Under the pieces are notes generated by a model. It was not told where the DNA came from. It did not search any database and saw nothing but the letters and a program-made list of their open reading frames with translations. Positions 28,671 to 40,796 of a DNA stretch of 64,000 bases are shown piece after piece; the first letter of the stretch is position 1; the number at the start of each line of letters is the position of its first letter. The position numbers were made by a program, and so were the translations under genes. The stretch covers positions 72,230,001-72,294,000 of the forward strand of contig NC_043008.1 in NCBI RefSeq assembly GCF_006345805.1, written 5' to 3'. The stretch comes from Octopus sinensis. Taxonomy: Eukaryota.

Positions 28671-29394
28671 GTACGTTTCAACGGTCCAACATTAGAAACT
28701 ATGTACAGGATGTAGCCTGCTCTTTGAATGAGATGATTGTAGTCTTCCGTACTCCAGAAACACTTAACTTAAAATTTAGGCCCACTTTTTGTGCAAGGCA
28801 GCTTTCATATTCATAATCTCTCCGTACTCCTCCAACATCATTCGAAAGTAGTTGAGGTAATTTCGGGAAGCATATTCAGTGTCACCTTACATGAAAAGTT
28901 TTCCTAAATAAGACGATATGAGGACATATTTGTCAGAGAGGCAAGTAACTGTGACTACTTTTATAGGTTCTTGTTTGTTAGCGAAGAGAACTGCTATGCT
29001 TTCAAACAGTTTTCTTTTTCTTAGATGCCACACTGATTCTTACTGCTCCTTGAAGCTTCCTCTGCTCGTGCTAGAGTTGGGTTTTCAACCCTTCAACTTT
29101 TATTGTTGATACATTTGTAGATGAGCGCCCTTTTTATTTATTTTCTTCCTGGAGAAATACGTCCATATCCGTCCTGGTTAAGCAGTGTCGTTGCCTCACG
29201 TTAAAGTCTGGGTTGTTTTCCAACGCCATATTAACCCACGTTTTCTGTACAGTAGCAAAAATAGTTCTGGTTTTGAGGTTGTTTCGGATTTACTGATTTA
29301 CTATTGTTGCTACAGATGTTGTTGTTGCTGTTGTTGTTCTCGTATTCATAATGGTGGCTTCAAATTTTAGCAGAAGACCAGCTTTGGGAAAGGA

Positions 29395-29565
29395 GCTATG
29401 TCGATTACATCAGCCCCACTGTGCAACTGGTATTTATTTTATCGACCCCGACAGGATGAAATGCAAAGTCGGCCTCGGCGGAATTTGAACTTAGAACGTA
29501 AAAACGTAATGCAACCAAGTATTTTTCCCGGCATGATAACTATTCTGCCCGCTTGCCACCTTCTC
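29395..29565 (-). mobile_element. tRNA-derived SINE
   Basis: tcgaccccgacaggatgaaatgcaaagtcggcctcggcggaatttgaacttagaacgta is the SINE consensus on minus. Confidence 0.9.
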
Positions 29566-31069
29566 TGTGATGTATGTGTGTTATATTGAATACATGTACC
29601 ATGGAGAAAGAGAACCGCTTTGCTAAGCAAAAGTCATTGTTGAAATATTTCTGCTATTTCCTACAGCTATTACAACCATTAACTACCACTTAACCATCTG
29701 GTGACAACTGGTTGTTATAAGCTAACAATGGCATAATTGATTTTGCTCCTATCAGTATTAACCAACACAGAGAGAATGATTCTTTCTCTCTCTCTCTCTC
29801 TCTCTCCCTCTCTCTCTCTCTTTCAACCTATCTATCTATCCCTGTCTCATCTCTTATATTCTCATTCATATAGGTTTACAGCACAACTTAATCAATAACC
29901 TATTTGATAAAATCACAATGACACTGTATAATTGCATGGATATAATCCAGTTTACTGTAATTTTTATGGATATTAATGGATCATGGCTGCAATCTTCAAA
30001 GCAACATCAAAACATCGTGTTAAACGATGTCTATAGATAAAGATATTCTTAATCGAGTCAATTTAGCAGGACTGACCTCCAGGAATATTTCATTGGGGAT
30101 GGCTGCTAAGCACCTAATTTGTATCTCACGTGTGGCTTTACTGTGAATCATTAAATCATTTAGTCAATACATCTTAGAGAAAAACGGTAAATTCTGTGAA
30201 ACTCCCGAGACGAATGAACTAAATTATTTTCCTGCCTGTATACTGTGAGTTCGATTTATCCATCGTTTTATTGATTTCTTTTTTGTTCATAATTTTTTTT
30301 TAACCTATAAATATAAATTCATATACATAAAAATTGTTTGACCAACAACCACCATATTTGTTTCAAGTATTTTCAGAGTAAAATGGGACATTTAGTTGAG
30401 ATACATTGACACTTCCACCTAATAGAGGAAGGTTTATCACGACTTCCAGATTACTACATTCATCTGGTACCTGGGTGTCTGTAACATGGTTTGCTCACAT
30501 GTAAGCATCTGCGTTAGGCCCATTACATCCAGCTGCATCCCAGCCCATGGTTTTTTATATCCTCCTTAACAAATGTTGAACTTCTGATATTCAAGTTCAT
30601 TCTCAACTACATCTTGAATGTTCTGCAGATATGATGGGCAGCATTCCTTTTCCCACTTCCTCAAACTTTCTCCTCCCCTGCATAACCTTTTTAATATGAT
30701 CAGCATATTGCGTGTATTTAAACAAACATATACATATGATATATTACGTATTCGTTATCGAAAGGAATTTTTTGTCGCTTTTTGAGATTTAATAATATTA
30801 ATTTGCTAATTGTTTCCAGTTTCCAGTTAACTCTTTTAAGAGCGTTTTCTGTTTCTTTCAATTATATTGCCTTTGAAACAAATTCAAATGAATGGCTCTC
30901 TGATTTGACGGGCTAATTTCTTCCATGTCATCTTTATGGAGACTGACGTACCCTGCTATTAATTTTAAGGTTATATAACATATCTTCTGCTTCCCAAAAA
31001 TGAGGCAGTGATGCCTAAACATCATTTTTTAAAGTTTTAGTCTTAAGCTACAGAATTATTGAAGATGCT

Positions 31070-31177
31070 CATTATTTACATTACTAACTTTTGACGGATG
31101 TTTTTCCTCATCTTGTTTTCTGTTAACACAACGTTTCGGCTGATATACCCTCCAGCCTTCATCCAGTGTCTTGGGGC
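31070..31177 (-). mobile_element. Penelope-terminus-like module (family 2) with a degenerate hammerhead
   Basis: Minus strand: GACAC-TGGATGA-AGGCTG gagggtatat CAGCC-GAAACGTT-GTGTT. Homologous to 35488-35690. Confidence 0.7.
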
Positions 31178-31220
31178 TATTAACCCCAAGATTCCGAGTT
31201 CGATTCCAAGCAGTGACCTG
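31172..31220 (+). mobile_element. 3' half of a tRNA-like SINE (B-box GAGTTCGATTCC) with an (AAT)n tail
   Basis: ggggctattaaccccaagattccgagttcgattccaagcagtgacctg followed by (AAT)n. The 5' half is missing. Confidence 0.6.
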
Positions 31221-31236
31221 AATAATAATAATAATG

Positions 31237-31309
<73 letters not shown>

Positions 31310-31310
31310 T
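31221..31310. repeat. (AAT)n microsatellite, 5' flank of the Dong-like element
   Basis: Direct reading. Confidence 0.97.
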
Positions 31311-31510
31311 AGAACACCGGGGACGGAAGAGAATACCGGGGACGGAAGAGAATACCGGGGACGGAAGAGAACACCGGGGACGGAAGAGAACACCGGGGAT
31401 AAGAAGAGAACACCGGGGACGTTTAAGAGAACACCGGGGACGTTTAAGAGAACACCGGGGACGTTTAAGAAACACCGGGGACGTTTAAGAGAACACCGGG
31501 GACGTTTAAG
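31311..31510 (+). repeat. Ten-unit 19/21-bp minisatellite (agaacaccggggacggaag / agaacaccggggacgtttaag) at the element 5' end
   Basis: Units counted directly: four 19-mers, one 20-mer hybrid, then five 20-21-mers. Confidence 0.95.
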
Positions 31511-31712
31511 ATGTAAGAAGGAAAATACAGAGCTCCGAAATCTATCCACAAACATCGAAAACAAGGACATCCTATGGAGCCAAAGATTTACAAACAAAGA
31601 ATTGGACTGTATCCGAGTAAGTAATACTAATTGAAATTTATTACTATTTTCGAAACGAAATTATGTATTTTGACTCGATATTATCTCCACCTCTAACACA
31701 ACACATGTAAAC

Positions 31713-34700
31713 ATGCGTGGAACATCACGATCATCCCCGACCTCAAACACCATGTACAAAGGAACTACGAAGAAATTAAATGCCACCGATACTATTCAAC
31801 CCAAGAATAACAATCGAGCGGTACGTACATTAAACTTACAACAAAAAATGTACGAAAAACTACACGTGCGAAATAATGTGACAACAGAAATAAACGGACC
31901 GGTACCCTACGAAAATGACGACCGTTAAAATAATGGGCCGGACGTTGTACCTCATGTCCCGCAAATAAAACCCAAAAGACGTAAATGGACACGTGAGGAA
32001 TACATTTCTATCTTACACGCATACTTCACAGCAATGCTCTACCCACAAAATGAAAATACAACAACACATACATATAAAATATGGAAGGAAAATAATAGAG
32101 ATATAGACTTGGATACAGCAATGAACCCTAATAAATTAGCTAACGTACGAAGATACATTCTCAAAGCCAAAAAAATATCAGAAATAGAAATAGAACATTT
32201 AAAAGAAAAAATACACCAGGAAAATGTAGATAGAAGCCACACAACAATGCCCAATAATATAAACACTGAAACTGTAAAACACGAAGACAAACGCAACATT
32301 CCCAACAAACACGATGTAAACAACGAAGGGGAGCCTAATGATTATGATAATATAAAAAATAAAATAATCAAAGAACTGAAAACCACAGAGCCCAAAATGG
32401 ACCACCGACCATACCTCCCAAGAATAAAAATAAACGAAATAACAACACCAATTGTAAACAGCATAAACCTAGCCGTCACTGAACTAGCCACTGAAACAAA
32501 AAAAAATGATGTCACTGAACTAAATGACTTGATATACGCAGCAGCCACTGCAGCCACAAGCTGGATACTCACCCAAACCCGCCCAAACAGGAGTACCACC
32601 ACCCAAACAAAACCTGTGGATAAATAACATCCAAAACAAAATTTAAAAAATTAGAAAAGACCTGTCGATTCTTAATGAAATCAGCAAACAATCAACGCTA
32701 CTGAGCAACAAAAAGAGAACAAAAATGCCCCGCAAAGATAACATCACAGAAAAAGATTTGCCGGAGATAAAAGAAAAGCTGAAGCAAGATATCCTTGCCA
32801 AAGCTCATAGGATCCGCCGGTACGAGAAACGCCAACGCTTCTTTGAACAGAACAAAAAGTTCAACTCCAACCCCAAAAAGTTCTACCAAGAACTGGGAAA
32901 AAATAAAATAGAAGTCACTGCAGCACCAACGACAGAAGAATTGGAAGAATTCTGGAGAGAAATATGGTCGTCGAACGAACAGCCAAAAAAAAGGAGTATC
33001 AAAATAACAAACTCGGCATCTGAACAACTTTGGACCCCCATAACAACTGAAGAGGTCACCCAGGCACTGCAAAAACTAAGCAACTGGAAGGCACCTGGGC
33101 ATGACAAGATCCCCAACTTCTGGTTGAAATATCTAACAGGAATGCACAAAAAGCTGGCTGAAAACTTTAACAGCATACTAGCAGAACCAGAGACAATGCC
33201 TGAATGGCTCACGAAGGGGAAAACCATCTTAATTCCCAAATCAAATGAAACAGCAAAACCAGAAAACTACAGACCAATAACCTGCCTCCCTACTATGTTC
33301 AAGGCATTTACTGCAGTGATATCGCAAAGGCTGAACAAGCACCTGGACGAAAACAAACTGTTCCCAGAAGAGCAGAAAGGATGCCGCAAAGGCTCATAGA
33401 CAGCCACAGAAAGAAGAAAGGCCTCAGTATGGCCTGGATTGACTACAAAAAGGCGTTTGATAGCATCCCCCACACATGGATCCTCGAAACACTAGCCATT
33501 AACAAAGTAGCACCAACAATCATAAAATTCATAGAGCACTCTATGAATAAATGGCAAACAGTCCTACACCGCCAAACAAAAGAGGGACTCATGAAAACCA
33601 AAGACATCCCCATTAGAAGAGGAATATTCCAGGGAAACACGCTCTCTCCACTCCTTTTCTGCTTGGCACTGTCACCTCTATCTGATATGCTAAATAGAAC
33701 TGGATGTGGATATAAATGTTACGGCAAAACGATCAGCCACCTTTTATATATGGATGACCTAAAACTATACGCTGCAAATGACAAACAGCTGGAAACACTA
33801 TTAAAGACAGTTCATGGATTTACCAAAGAAATAGATATGAAATTTGGATTAGCAAATGCGCCAAAGTAACCATGAAAAGAGGAAAACTAGTTAAGAGTAA
33901 CAACATCACACTAGATAAAACCAATGAAATAAAAGAATTAGACCAAAGCCAAACTTACAAATACTTAGGAATCCATGAACTAGATAAGACACAACACACA
34001 CAAATGAAAGAGAAAATAAAAAAAGAATATTATAGATGAGTTAGATCAATACTAAACACAGAGCTCAATGCCAAAAACTAGATAATAGGTATCAACACCT
34101 TAGCTGTCCCAGTTATAAGTTACAGCTACAATATCCTTAACTGGACACGAAATGAACTGACCAAAATAGATAGGAAAACAAGAAAAATACTGGCAGGATC
34201 TAGGATGCATCACCCAAAATCTGACATAGAAAGACTATATATACAACGTATAGAAGGTGGTAGAGGCCTTATACAGCTGGAAAACTACTATAAAATAACC
34301 ACCATAGGACTGCAAAAATATCTACTTCAGAAAGAAGGAAAACTGATCCAGATAGCAGCAAAACACGAGCAAAACAAAAAACTGTTCTCAGTATTTAAGG
34401 AAGCTGACAAATACAAACAAGAAATCATACCACCTAATAAACATGAAGAAGAAGAAGAAGAAGAAGAAGAAGAAGAAGAAGAAGAAGAAGAAGAAGAAGA
34501 AGAAGAAGAAGAAGAAGAAGAAGAAACAACAAAAGCTATAAAACAAATGAAATCCAAACTAAAAATAGAACAGCAACGAACCATGATAAAACGATGGCAC
34601 GAAAAGCCCCTAAGAAAAATCCCAGCAATGGTTGAGAAGCTCAGGACTCAAAGCAGAAACAGAGGGATTTTTAATTGCAGCACAAGACCAAAGCCTCCCC

Positions 34701-35318
34701 ACCAGAAATTACCAAAAACATGTAATGAAAAGAAATATTACATGTAACTGCAGAATATGTGGAGATGGACAAGAAACAATAAATCATATTATCTCTAGCT
34801 GCCCAGTCCTGGCTAAGAAGGAATATATTCACAGACATGACAGAGTTGGAACCTACATACATTGGAAGCTATGCCAACATTATGGAATAACAACAGAAAA
34901 AAGATGGTATAGGCACACACCAGAAAAGGTCACAGAAAACCAGAAAGCAACTATACTCTGGGATATGCCGATACACACAGATAGAGAAATTAAGGCCAAC
35001 AGACCAGATATAGTTGTCAGAGATCATGAAGAAAAAAAATGCTTTCTAATTGATGTATCAATACCGGCAGATGACAACGTGTCTCTAAAAGAAATGGAGA
35101 AACTCTCAAAATACAAAGACCTGGAAATAGAGGTAACTAGAATGTGGAATCTGAAAACAGAAACAATTCCTATCATAGTAGGTGCATTAGGCATGATAAA
35201 AAAATATTCAGACAAATACATAACAAAAACACTAGGACTTACAAACACATATAACATACAGAAAATTGCATTACTAGGCACTGCACACATCCTACGCAGA
35301 ACACTTTCCATACAATAA
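31713..35318 (+). pseudogene. Disrupted RT-RLE polyprotein ORF (about 1200 codons) of the Dong-like element
   Basis: ORF-track pieces 31713-31928, 32034-32627, 32725-33399, 33381-33869, 34205-34747 and 34632-35318 tile one polyprotein. There are frameshifts, in-frame stops and small deletions near 33397 and 34611. Confidence 0.93.
34445..34525 (+). repeat. (GAA)27 in-frame expansion (poly-Glu) inside the LINE ORF
   Basis: 81 bp counted; absent from the related copy near 44610. Confidence 0.95.
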
Positions 35319-35416
35319 CCATCAGAGCATCACAAAAAATCACAGCACATACCCAAGGCACACAGAGCTGCGCTCGGTAGTGAAGTGAAAGCACGCTATA
35401 AAAATAAAACTACTGA

Positions 35417-35420
35417 ATAA

Positions 35421-35487
<67 letters not shown>
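35417..35487. repeat. (AAT)n tail/target, 3' flank
   Basis: Direct reading. Confidence 0.97.
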
Positions 35488-35488
<1 letters not shown>

Positions 35489-35690
35489 TGGAAAAAACCT
35501 TAGGAATGAGAACCCAGGTTCAAAATTTCCCTAAGTCACCTGATAAAGGCTGGAGGATGTATCAGCCGAAACGTTGCGTTAACAACAAACAAGATGACGA
35601 CAAATATCCGTCAAATGTAAATAATGTAAATAATGTGAATAACATACATGATTCGTCATCTCTTATATATAGAACTGTATTAAAGATACT
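35488..35690 (+). mobile_element. Penelope-terminus-like module (family 2) with a degenerate hammerhead
   Basis: GTCAC-CTGATAA-AGGCTG gaggatgtat CAGCC-GAAACGTT-GCGTT at 35535-35580. The downstream tail matches 12190-12278 in reverse complement. Confidence 0.72.
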
Positions 35691-37357
35691 ATAAATTTGA
35701 TATAATTGTAGAATTTAAGAGGAATCAGAATACATTTTCCTAATTCCATTTCTGTATTCTTTCACCCTATTCTTGAATATTTAAATTAACTTCGGTTTCA
35801 TTTGAACGTGCAGCGTTTATTTCTAAAAGAAAGGAATTGATGTTCTAATTCACAAAACCACGTAGTTCTGCAGCCTGAAGGTTGCCCGCGATACATAGTT
35901 ACCACCTTAATAATCTGGTACAACAACTAAAACACTTGGGTGTAACTTGGTCTTAGGGCGTGCTTCTACTTACACACTGAAGAAGGAATATAATATCTAA
36001 TTACCATTACTTTAGGTATTGATAGAAAGACCATTCTCTTGCATCGGATATGATCAATCATACTGTTCTCTGCACAATGTTAAGAATTTAAATGTGAAAT
36101 GTTTACATGAAGCGTCAAAGATCTGTTTCTCCGAGACAGTATCAAAGAAATTCTCTCATGTAAAGAATACATTCCTAAAAACACAAATATCCAGTTCTTC
36201 ACATAAACTTTTTGATTTATTCTTATGCACAAAGAAATTTAAAAGGAATCCATAGCGACGCTACTTTGCTAACTTAATCTGTAACATTCCACATGAAATG
36301 TTTGACTTTATATCAGTTAATGAAATAAAATAAAATTTGATTAATTATATTTTATTGTGTCTAGGGAGTCCATTCTGTTTTAATACCTTATTAATTAACA
36401 CACTCACCGGTTTGATTTCCACTCATTTATTTTTTAATTTTTTCTAGAATGTTCGTTGCTCCATGCAACCTCTTCAATAGTCGTTGAATCTGTCCGTTAT
36501 CAGGTTAATTACAAATTTTACTAAGATAGTATATCAGTGTTCAGTGTGTTTAATATTTTAACCATTATGGTATATTCAGTCGTATTTACTGTGGATTAAG
36601 TTTATTTTTAATTAAACTCTACTACTTTCATGAAAGACTCAACTCTATTTTGAATGGAACAGTAAATTCTGAAATGTAATTAAAAAAAATCTTTTTTCTA
36701 ACAATAACGAAGCGATGACTTGATAAGTTATATAACAAGCTATTGCTTTTCTAGTCTTATTTTTTTCCCTTATACTTTTTTGTATTTTTCATTATTGGAA
36801 ATATTGTTGCTGATTTAATGCTAACTTTATTTGATTCTTTAAAATACATCCTTGCCTTTATCTTTATTTACAATATCGTTGCTGAATTTCATGAGTCATA
36901 TAGAAAATTTGAATCACTATTTTGACTTTCTAAAGTAATAATATGTTTATATAATGCAATTCCTTCATGGCACATACATCAGCATCAAATGGCACTGATC
37001 AAACAACATTTTTCTGAAATATAAACAAGTATTTCATAAGCAAAACAAGCCGAATATAAATATGGCTCCCTCGGCTTCCTTACTAAACCAGCTATTCATT
37101 AAATGGTTACGGAATCCTTTCTTTTAAAATGTATGTATACAGATTTGCATCCATGTGTGTGTTTGTGTGCTGTTGGAAATCAATTGACAAATGTGTATAA
37201 TTCTGTATTTGAGGTGGGGATGGTGTAATCTGTTTAACCGCCTGTATTGTCTTTTTCACTGATTTTTTCACATCTCATCGGTACTTCTTTTCTTTCTAAA
37301 TTTCTCTCTAATAAACCTTTCACATACTCACACTCACATACACACACACTCACACTA

Positions 37358-37388
<31 letters not shown>

Positions 37389-37439
37389 CACAAACACATA
37401 CACGCACTCTTTCTCTCTCTCTCTCGTTACTATTTTCTT

Positions 37440-37760
37440 TCCTTATCTTCGCCTCCTTCACTTCTGCGTCTGCGCACTAAAGCCGCCTTCATTTCGCTTC
37501 CAGAGAGGATCACGTACAAAAGCATATACAACATGTTATCAGAAAACTTATACACTCCGCATTTCCAGGTCGGCATATCCTGTGCCTTTCAGCAGAGCTG
37601 CCCGCGCAGCTGACGCTCATTGGACGACAGCCTACTAAGTCACTCAGTAAATAGAGTTTACGCTGTCAAGTTGTGCTCACTTACTACGTTAGGTTTTATA
37701 AAGTTACTTTAGAACCACAACTTTTATAATAGTTGGCAAATTGGGGCGTCGCTGCAAAGT
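37440..37760 (-). promoter_or_regulatory. Possible Pol II promoter/5' UTR island
   Basis: Locally GC/CpG-richer unique DNA. CCAAT on minus at 37619-37623, CAGCTG at 37607-37612, TGACG at 37611-37615, TATAA on minus at 37548-37552; then (GA)n/(GT)n typical of 5' UTRs. Motifs are short, so support is weak. Confidence 0.28.
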
Positions 37761-38149
37761 TTTTAGCTTCGTTCTTGATATCAATCAAAAGCAACGTTGT
37801 TATGGTGTGCATTTCATTTTCCAAAGTATAAATGCAGCTTCAGAGGTGCTTACACGTAGCTAATGAAATAAAACCAGAATCGCATTTGAGATGATACAAG
37901 AAGAGAAAACTTTGCAGTCTTTTTGAATATTGAATTCTGACTAGTAACAAATTAAAGACGATTTCATGCTCTAAACGCCAACCACCGTTAATGTGAGATC
38001 TCTTCGTCTTGAACGTGACCGGATTCTGAGCGGGAATATGCCTGGATATCCCTGTATTTTCTATGACCAAAGAGAAGAAGTTGGCTAGATATTATCAGAA
38101 CGGTCAAATTAATCAAACTTATTCGAGATATCTTTACTGGCAGCTTCAA

Positions 38150-38520
38150 CAGTCAAGGAGATCAATCGACAAACTGATCAAGAAGCCAACAACCAAGAGT
38201 ATTGTACACGATGACAACTGGTCAAGATCTACCAAATGAAGAGAAGGCAAGTTATGACTGTGCTATGTCCAGCAAGACTCAGAAACATCGTGATGTGACA
38301 CTCCAGTACATGATCATGTGGCCCTCCAATAATATGTGGTCTCATAACTTTCTGACCTGAAAGCTTTCGGACTACTGCGACTACTCTGGCACCGTGGCCT
38401 GGTACCACGCACTGTGAAAGTGTCATTGATTGATTCTATCACCGACTTTGTGGGTGACATAAACAGAGATCGTGTAATCCTGTTATAGAACTGTTGCCTT
38501 GAGTAGACCTCGTCCATCAT
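38150..38520 (+). mobile_element. Possible highly degenerate Gypsy-like integrase zinc-finger region
   Basis: QLVKIYQMKRRQVMTVLCPARLRNIVM*H.. loosely resembles the V.P..LR..VM..AHD motif. Many stops. Confidence 0.3.
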
Positions 38521-38585
38521 AACAACTGAGTGTTATTTCTTCACTGTGACATGTATATATAAGTATATATAAATTGACCGCATAT

Positions 38586-38806
38586 ATAAGTATTGCTGAA
38601 AATTTCCTGGTTTGGGGTAAAAGAAAATACAGGAGGATCAGTTAATTATCATTTTATTCAACATATTCGCTTCTGAGATTCACGCATTTATTGCAGCGGT
38701 CCTTTAGTTTTTCTAAGCTATGTAAAAGAACTCGGAAGCTTGGGCCTCCAACCAGACCTATCGCGCTACTCTCAAAGCCAGAAACTTTTCAGCACCACCG
38801 CTTACA
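38586..38806 (-). mobile_element. Mariner-derived MITE
   Basis: Inverted ends tgctgaaaatttcctggttt / aaagccagaaacttttcagca. The interior on minus resembles a mariner C-terminus (PSEFFY..LEKL..R..KC..L.GEYVE type). Confidence 0.8.
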
Positions 38807-40483
38807 TATCTTTTGGCTATATGTTAGCGGTTAGTTTGTTTTGGGTACTTTTTTAATCCCTTTTTATCTTTTTTTGTGTTTTCGATTTCTACTTTTATGC
38901 AATACAGCATACACTGAAGAATATTTCCTACATTAGCTGTCGACTGTTGATCACTAAAATTTCGGCACACTTGGGCGTCACTAACCCCTTATACGGTACA
39001 GTAACCTATTCTGTTATCTGGCAATGTTCACATTCTTTTGACCTACATTAAACTTCGAATTTTGCTTTTGTTCTTGACACATAGTGACACAGGTGTAGCT
39101 GTCACTACTCTAATCACACAGCAAATATTTTGCCTTTAAACTCAGTGTGTGTGTCTATTTGTGTGAGTGTGTGTGTGTGTACATGCTTGTATATGTGTGT
39201 ATATACACAGAAATGCGTGCATACAAAGCGATTGTATATACAGATATTGAAGATTGTATTATTTATAAGCTTCTTTGCTTACCTACGTGTATATATACAT
39301 ACTTAATATATATATATATATAAATATATATGAATAAATGAAAGAATGGAGTCGAACGAAGATGTTAACAAAATTCCTTTACTCTCGACACATGTTTTGA
39401 AGACAGCATGCTGACGATAAACATAGGATAATTCATTCACCTACTTATATATATATATATATAGCATATCAAATACATGCGTTCACATACTTGCACACAT
39501 GTATGTGTAAATATATGTATATATATATTTATATACACACACACCCACACACATGCACCTACACATATATATGAAAAGGTTATGACATAAGTGAGTGGCT
39601 ACAAAATTTGACCTCTTAAAAGTTATTTGTAGTATCTTTTCGAATTATCTTTTATCTTTTTCTCTTCATTTAAAATGGCTGACTGAAAATTTCAAATGTC
39701 CACCATCAATTCTTCTCTTTTGGTCTTGAATATTGATTGCAAGTTATTTTTATGAATTTCATTTGATCGGAGGAGAATGCCCTATAAAAACTGAGTTTTT
39801 TTTTTAAAAATGAAATTAAAGTTTTCCAATCTAAAACATTTTGAATATATTCTTGACAGCCGATAATCAGAGTTATTGAAGCAGGCTATTGTTTGTAATA
39901 GACTCCCATAATAAAGGGGAACAAGCAGAGGTGAATCGATAATGTTTTGAAGCAACAGTAATTTAGAATCAATGAAGTATCGAGGTATGGAATATATGAT
40001 GAGCCATTCATCTTTTTCCTTGAATTATTTTTTGCTTCAACATAGGTGTGTATGTGCGTGTCAGTTTGTATGACTGTCTTGTACGTGAGTGGGTGTATTT
40101 GCATGTATGTGTACAATGGTGATTTAATGCTCTTTCTTTATTCTCTCTTACGTTGCCAAGATTTAAATGTGAAAATAATATATGGTGGCGTAGGAATCAC
40201 CCTCAGTCACCTAAATTACAGTAAAAAAAGTGACTATTTGAGGATTTGTGGCTTTTACAGTGGATCTTGAATAGCGTATAAATTGATCAGAACCGATCAA
40301 TCTTATAGATTTCCCTGTTTCCCTTTCCTTCTCTCTTCAAATGTAATATATAATTGTGTGTGCATGCGTATGTGTGTGTGTGTGTGTGTATTTGTGTAGA
40401 TATAGGTATATGTAATACACACATACATGCAAATATAAATATATGCATACACATACAAATATACATGCATATACATGTATGAG

Positions 40484-40535
<52 letters not shown>

Positions 40536-40548
40536 TGTGTGCGTGTGC

Positions 40549-40579
<31 letters not shown>

Positions 40580-40699
40580 CATGTATATATGTATTTCAGA
40601 AAAATCTTTACACCAATAATTTGATTGGCCAAATATGAAGTAATGAAATTTTATGTAACAATCGCAACAACACAAGTTACAGCCACGACGGTTATGACG

Positions 40700-40732
40700 A
40701 CAACAACAATAACTAATAATAATAATAATAAC

Positions 40733-40795
<63 letters not shown>
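40700..40795. repeat. (ACA)n-(AAT)n microsatellite
   Basis: Direct reading. Confidence 0.93.

Positions 40796-40796
<1 letters not shown>

Larger units (their letters stand above)
31311..35416 (+). mobile_element. Near full-length, inactivated R4/Dong-clade RLE non-LTR retrotransposon inserted in (TAA)n
   Basis: Remnant of a single long ORF: RRKWTREEYISILHAYF, RT motifs (KAPGHDKI, YRPITCLPTMFK, DYKKAFDSIPH, GIFQGNTLSPLLF, HLLYMDDLKLY), CCHC CRICGDGQETINHIISSC, RHD, and RLE RPDIVVRDHEEKKCFLIDVSIP..EKLSKYKDL. (AAT)n lies on both sides. Confidence 0.96.

Noticed and set aside
30063-30109. Small hairpin (ttagcag...ctgctaa) as a miRNA candidate
   Set aside because: Only 47 nt, with an irregular stem and large internal loops; too short and weak for a pre-miRNA.
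31172-31220. tRNA gene
   Set aside because: Only a B-box and 3' half are present, no full cloverleaf, and an (AAT)n tail indicates a SINE fragment.
31311-31510. CRISPR array
   Set aside because: Units are directly adjacent with no unique spacers, there are no cas genes, and the context is eukaryotic.
31098-31634. 178-aa ORF with poly-N and RTPGT repeats
   Set aside because: Read-through of a PLE module, (AAT)n and the minisatellite; no coherent protein.
36019-36255. C2H2 zinc finger suggested by ERPFSC
   Set aside because: No CxxC...HxxxH spacing follows.
39340-39415. Additional hammerhead-like remnant (AAAAC-ATGT-GTC on minus)
   Set aside because: The CUGANGA core and stem II are not recognisable; too degenerate to claim.
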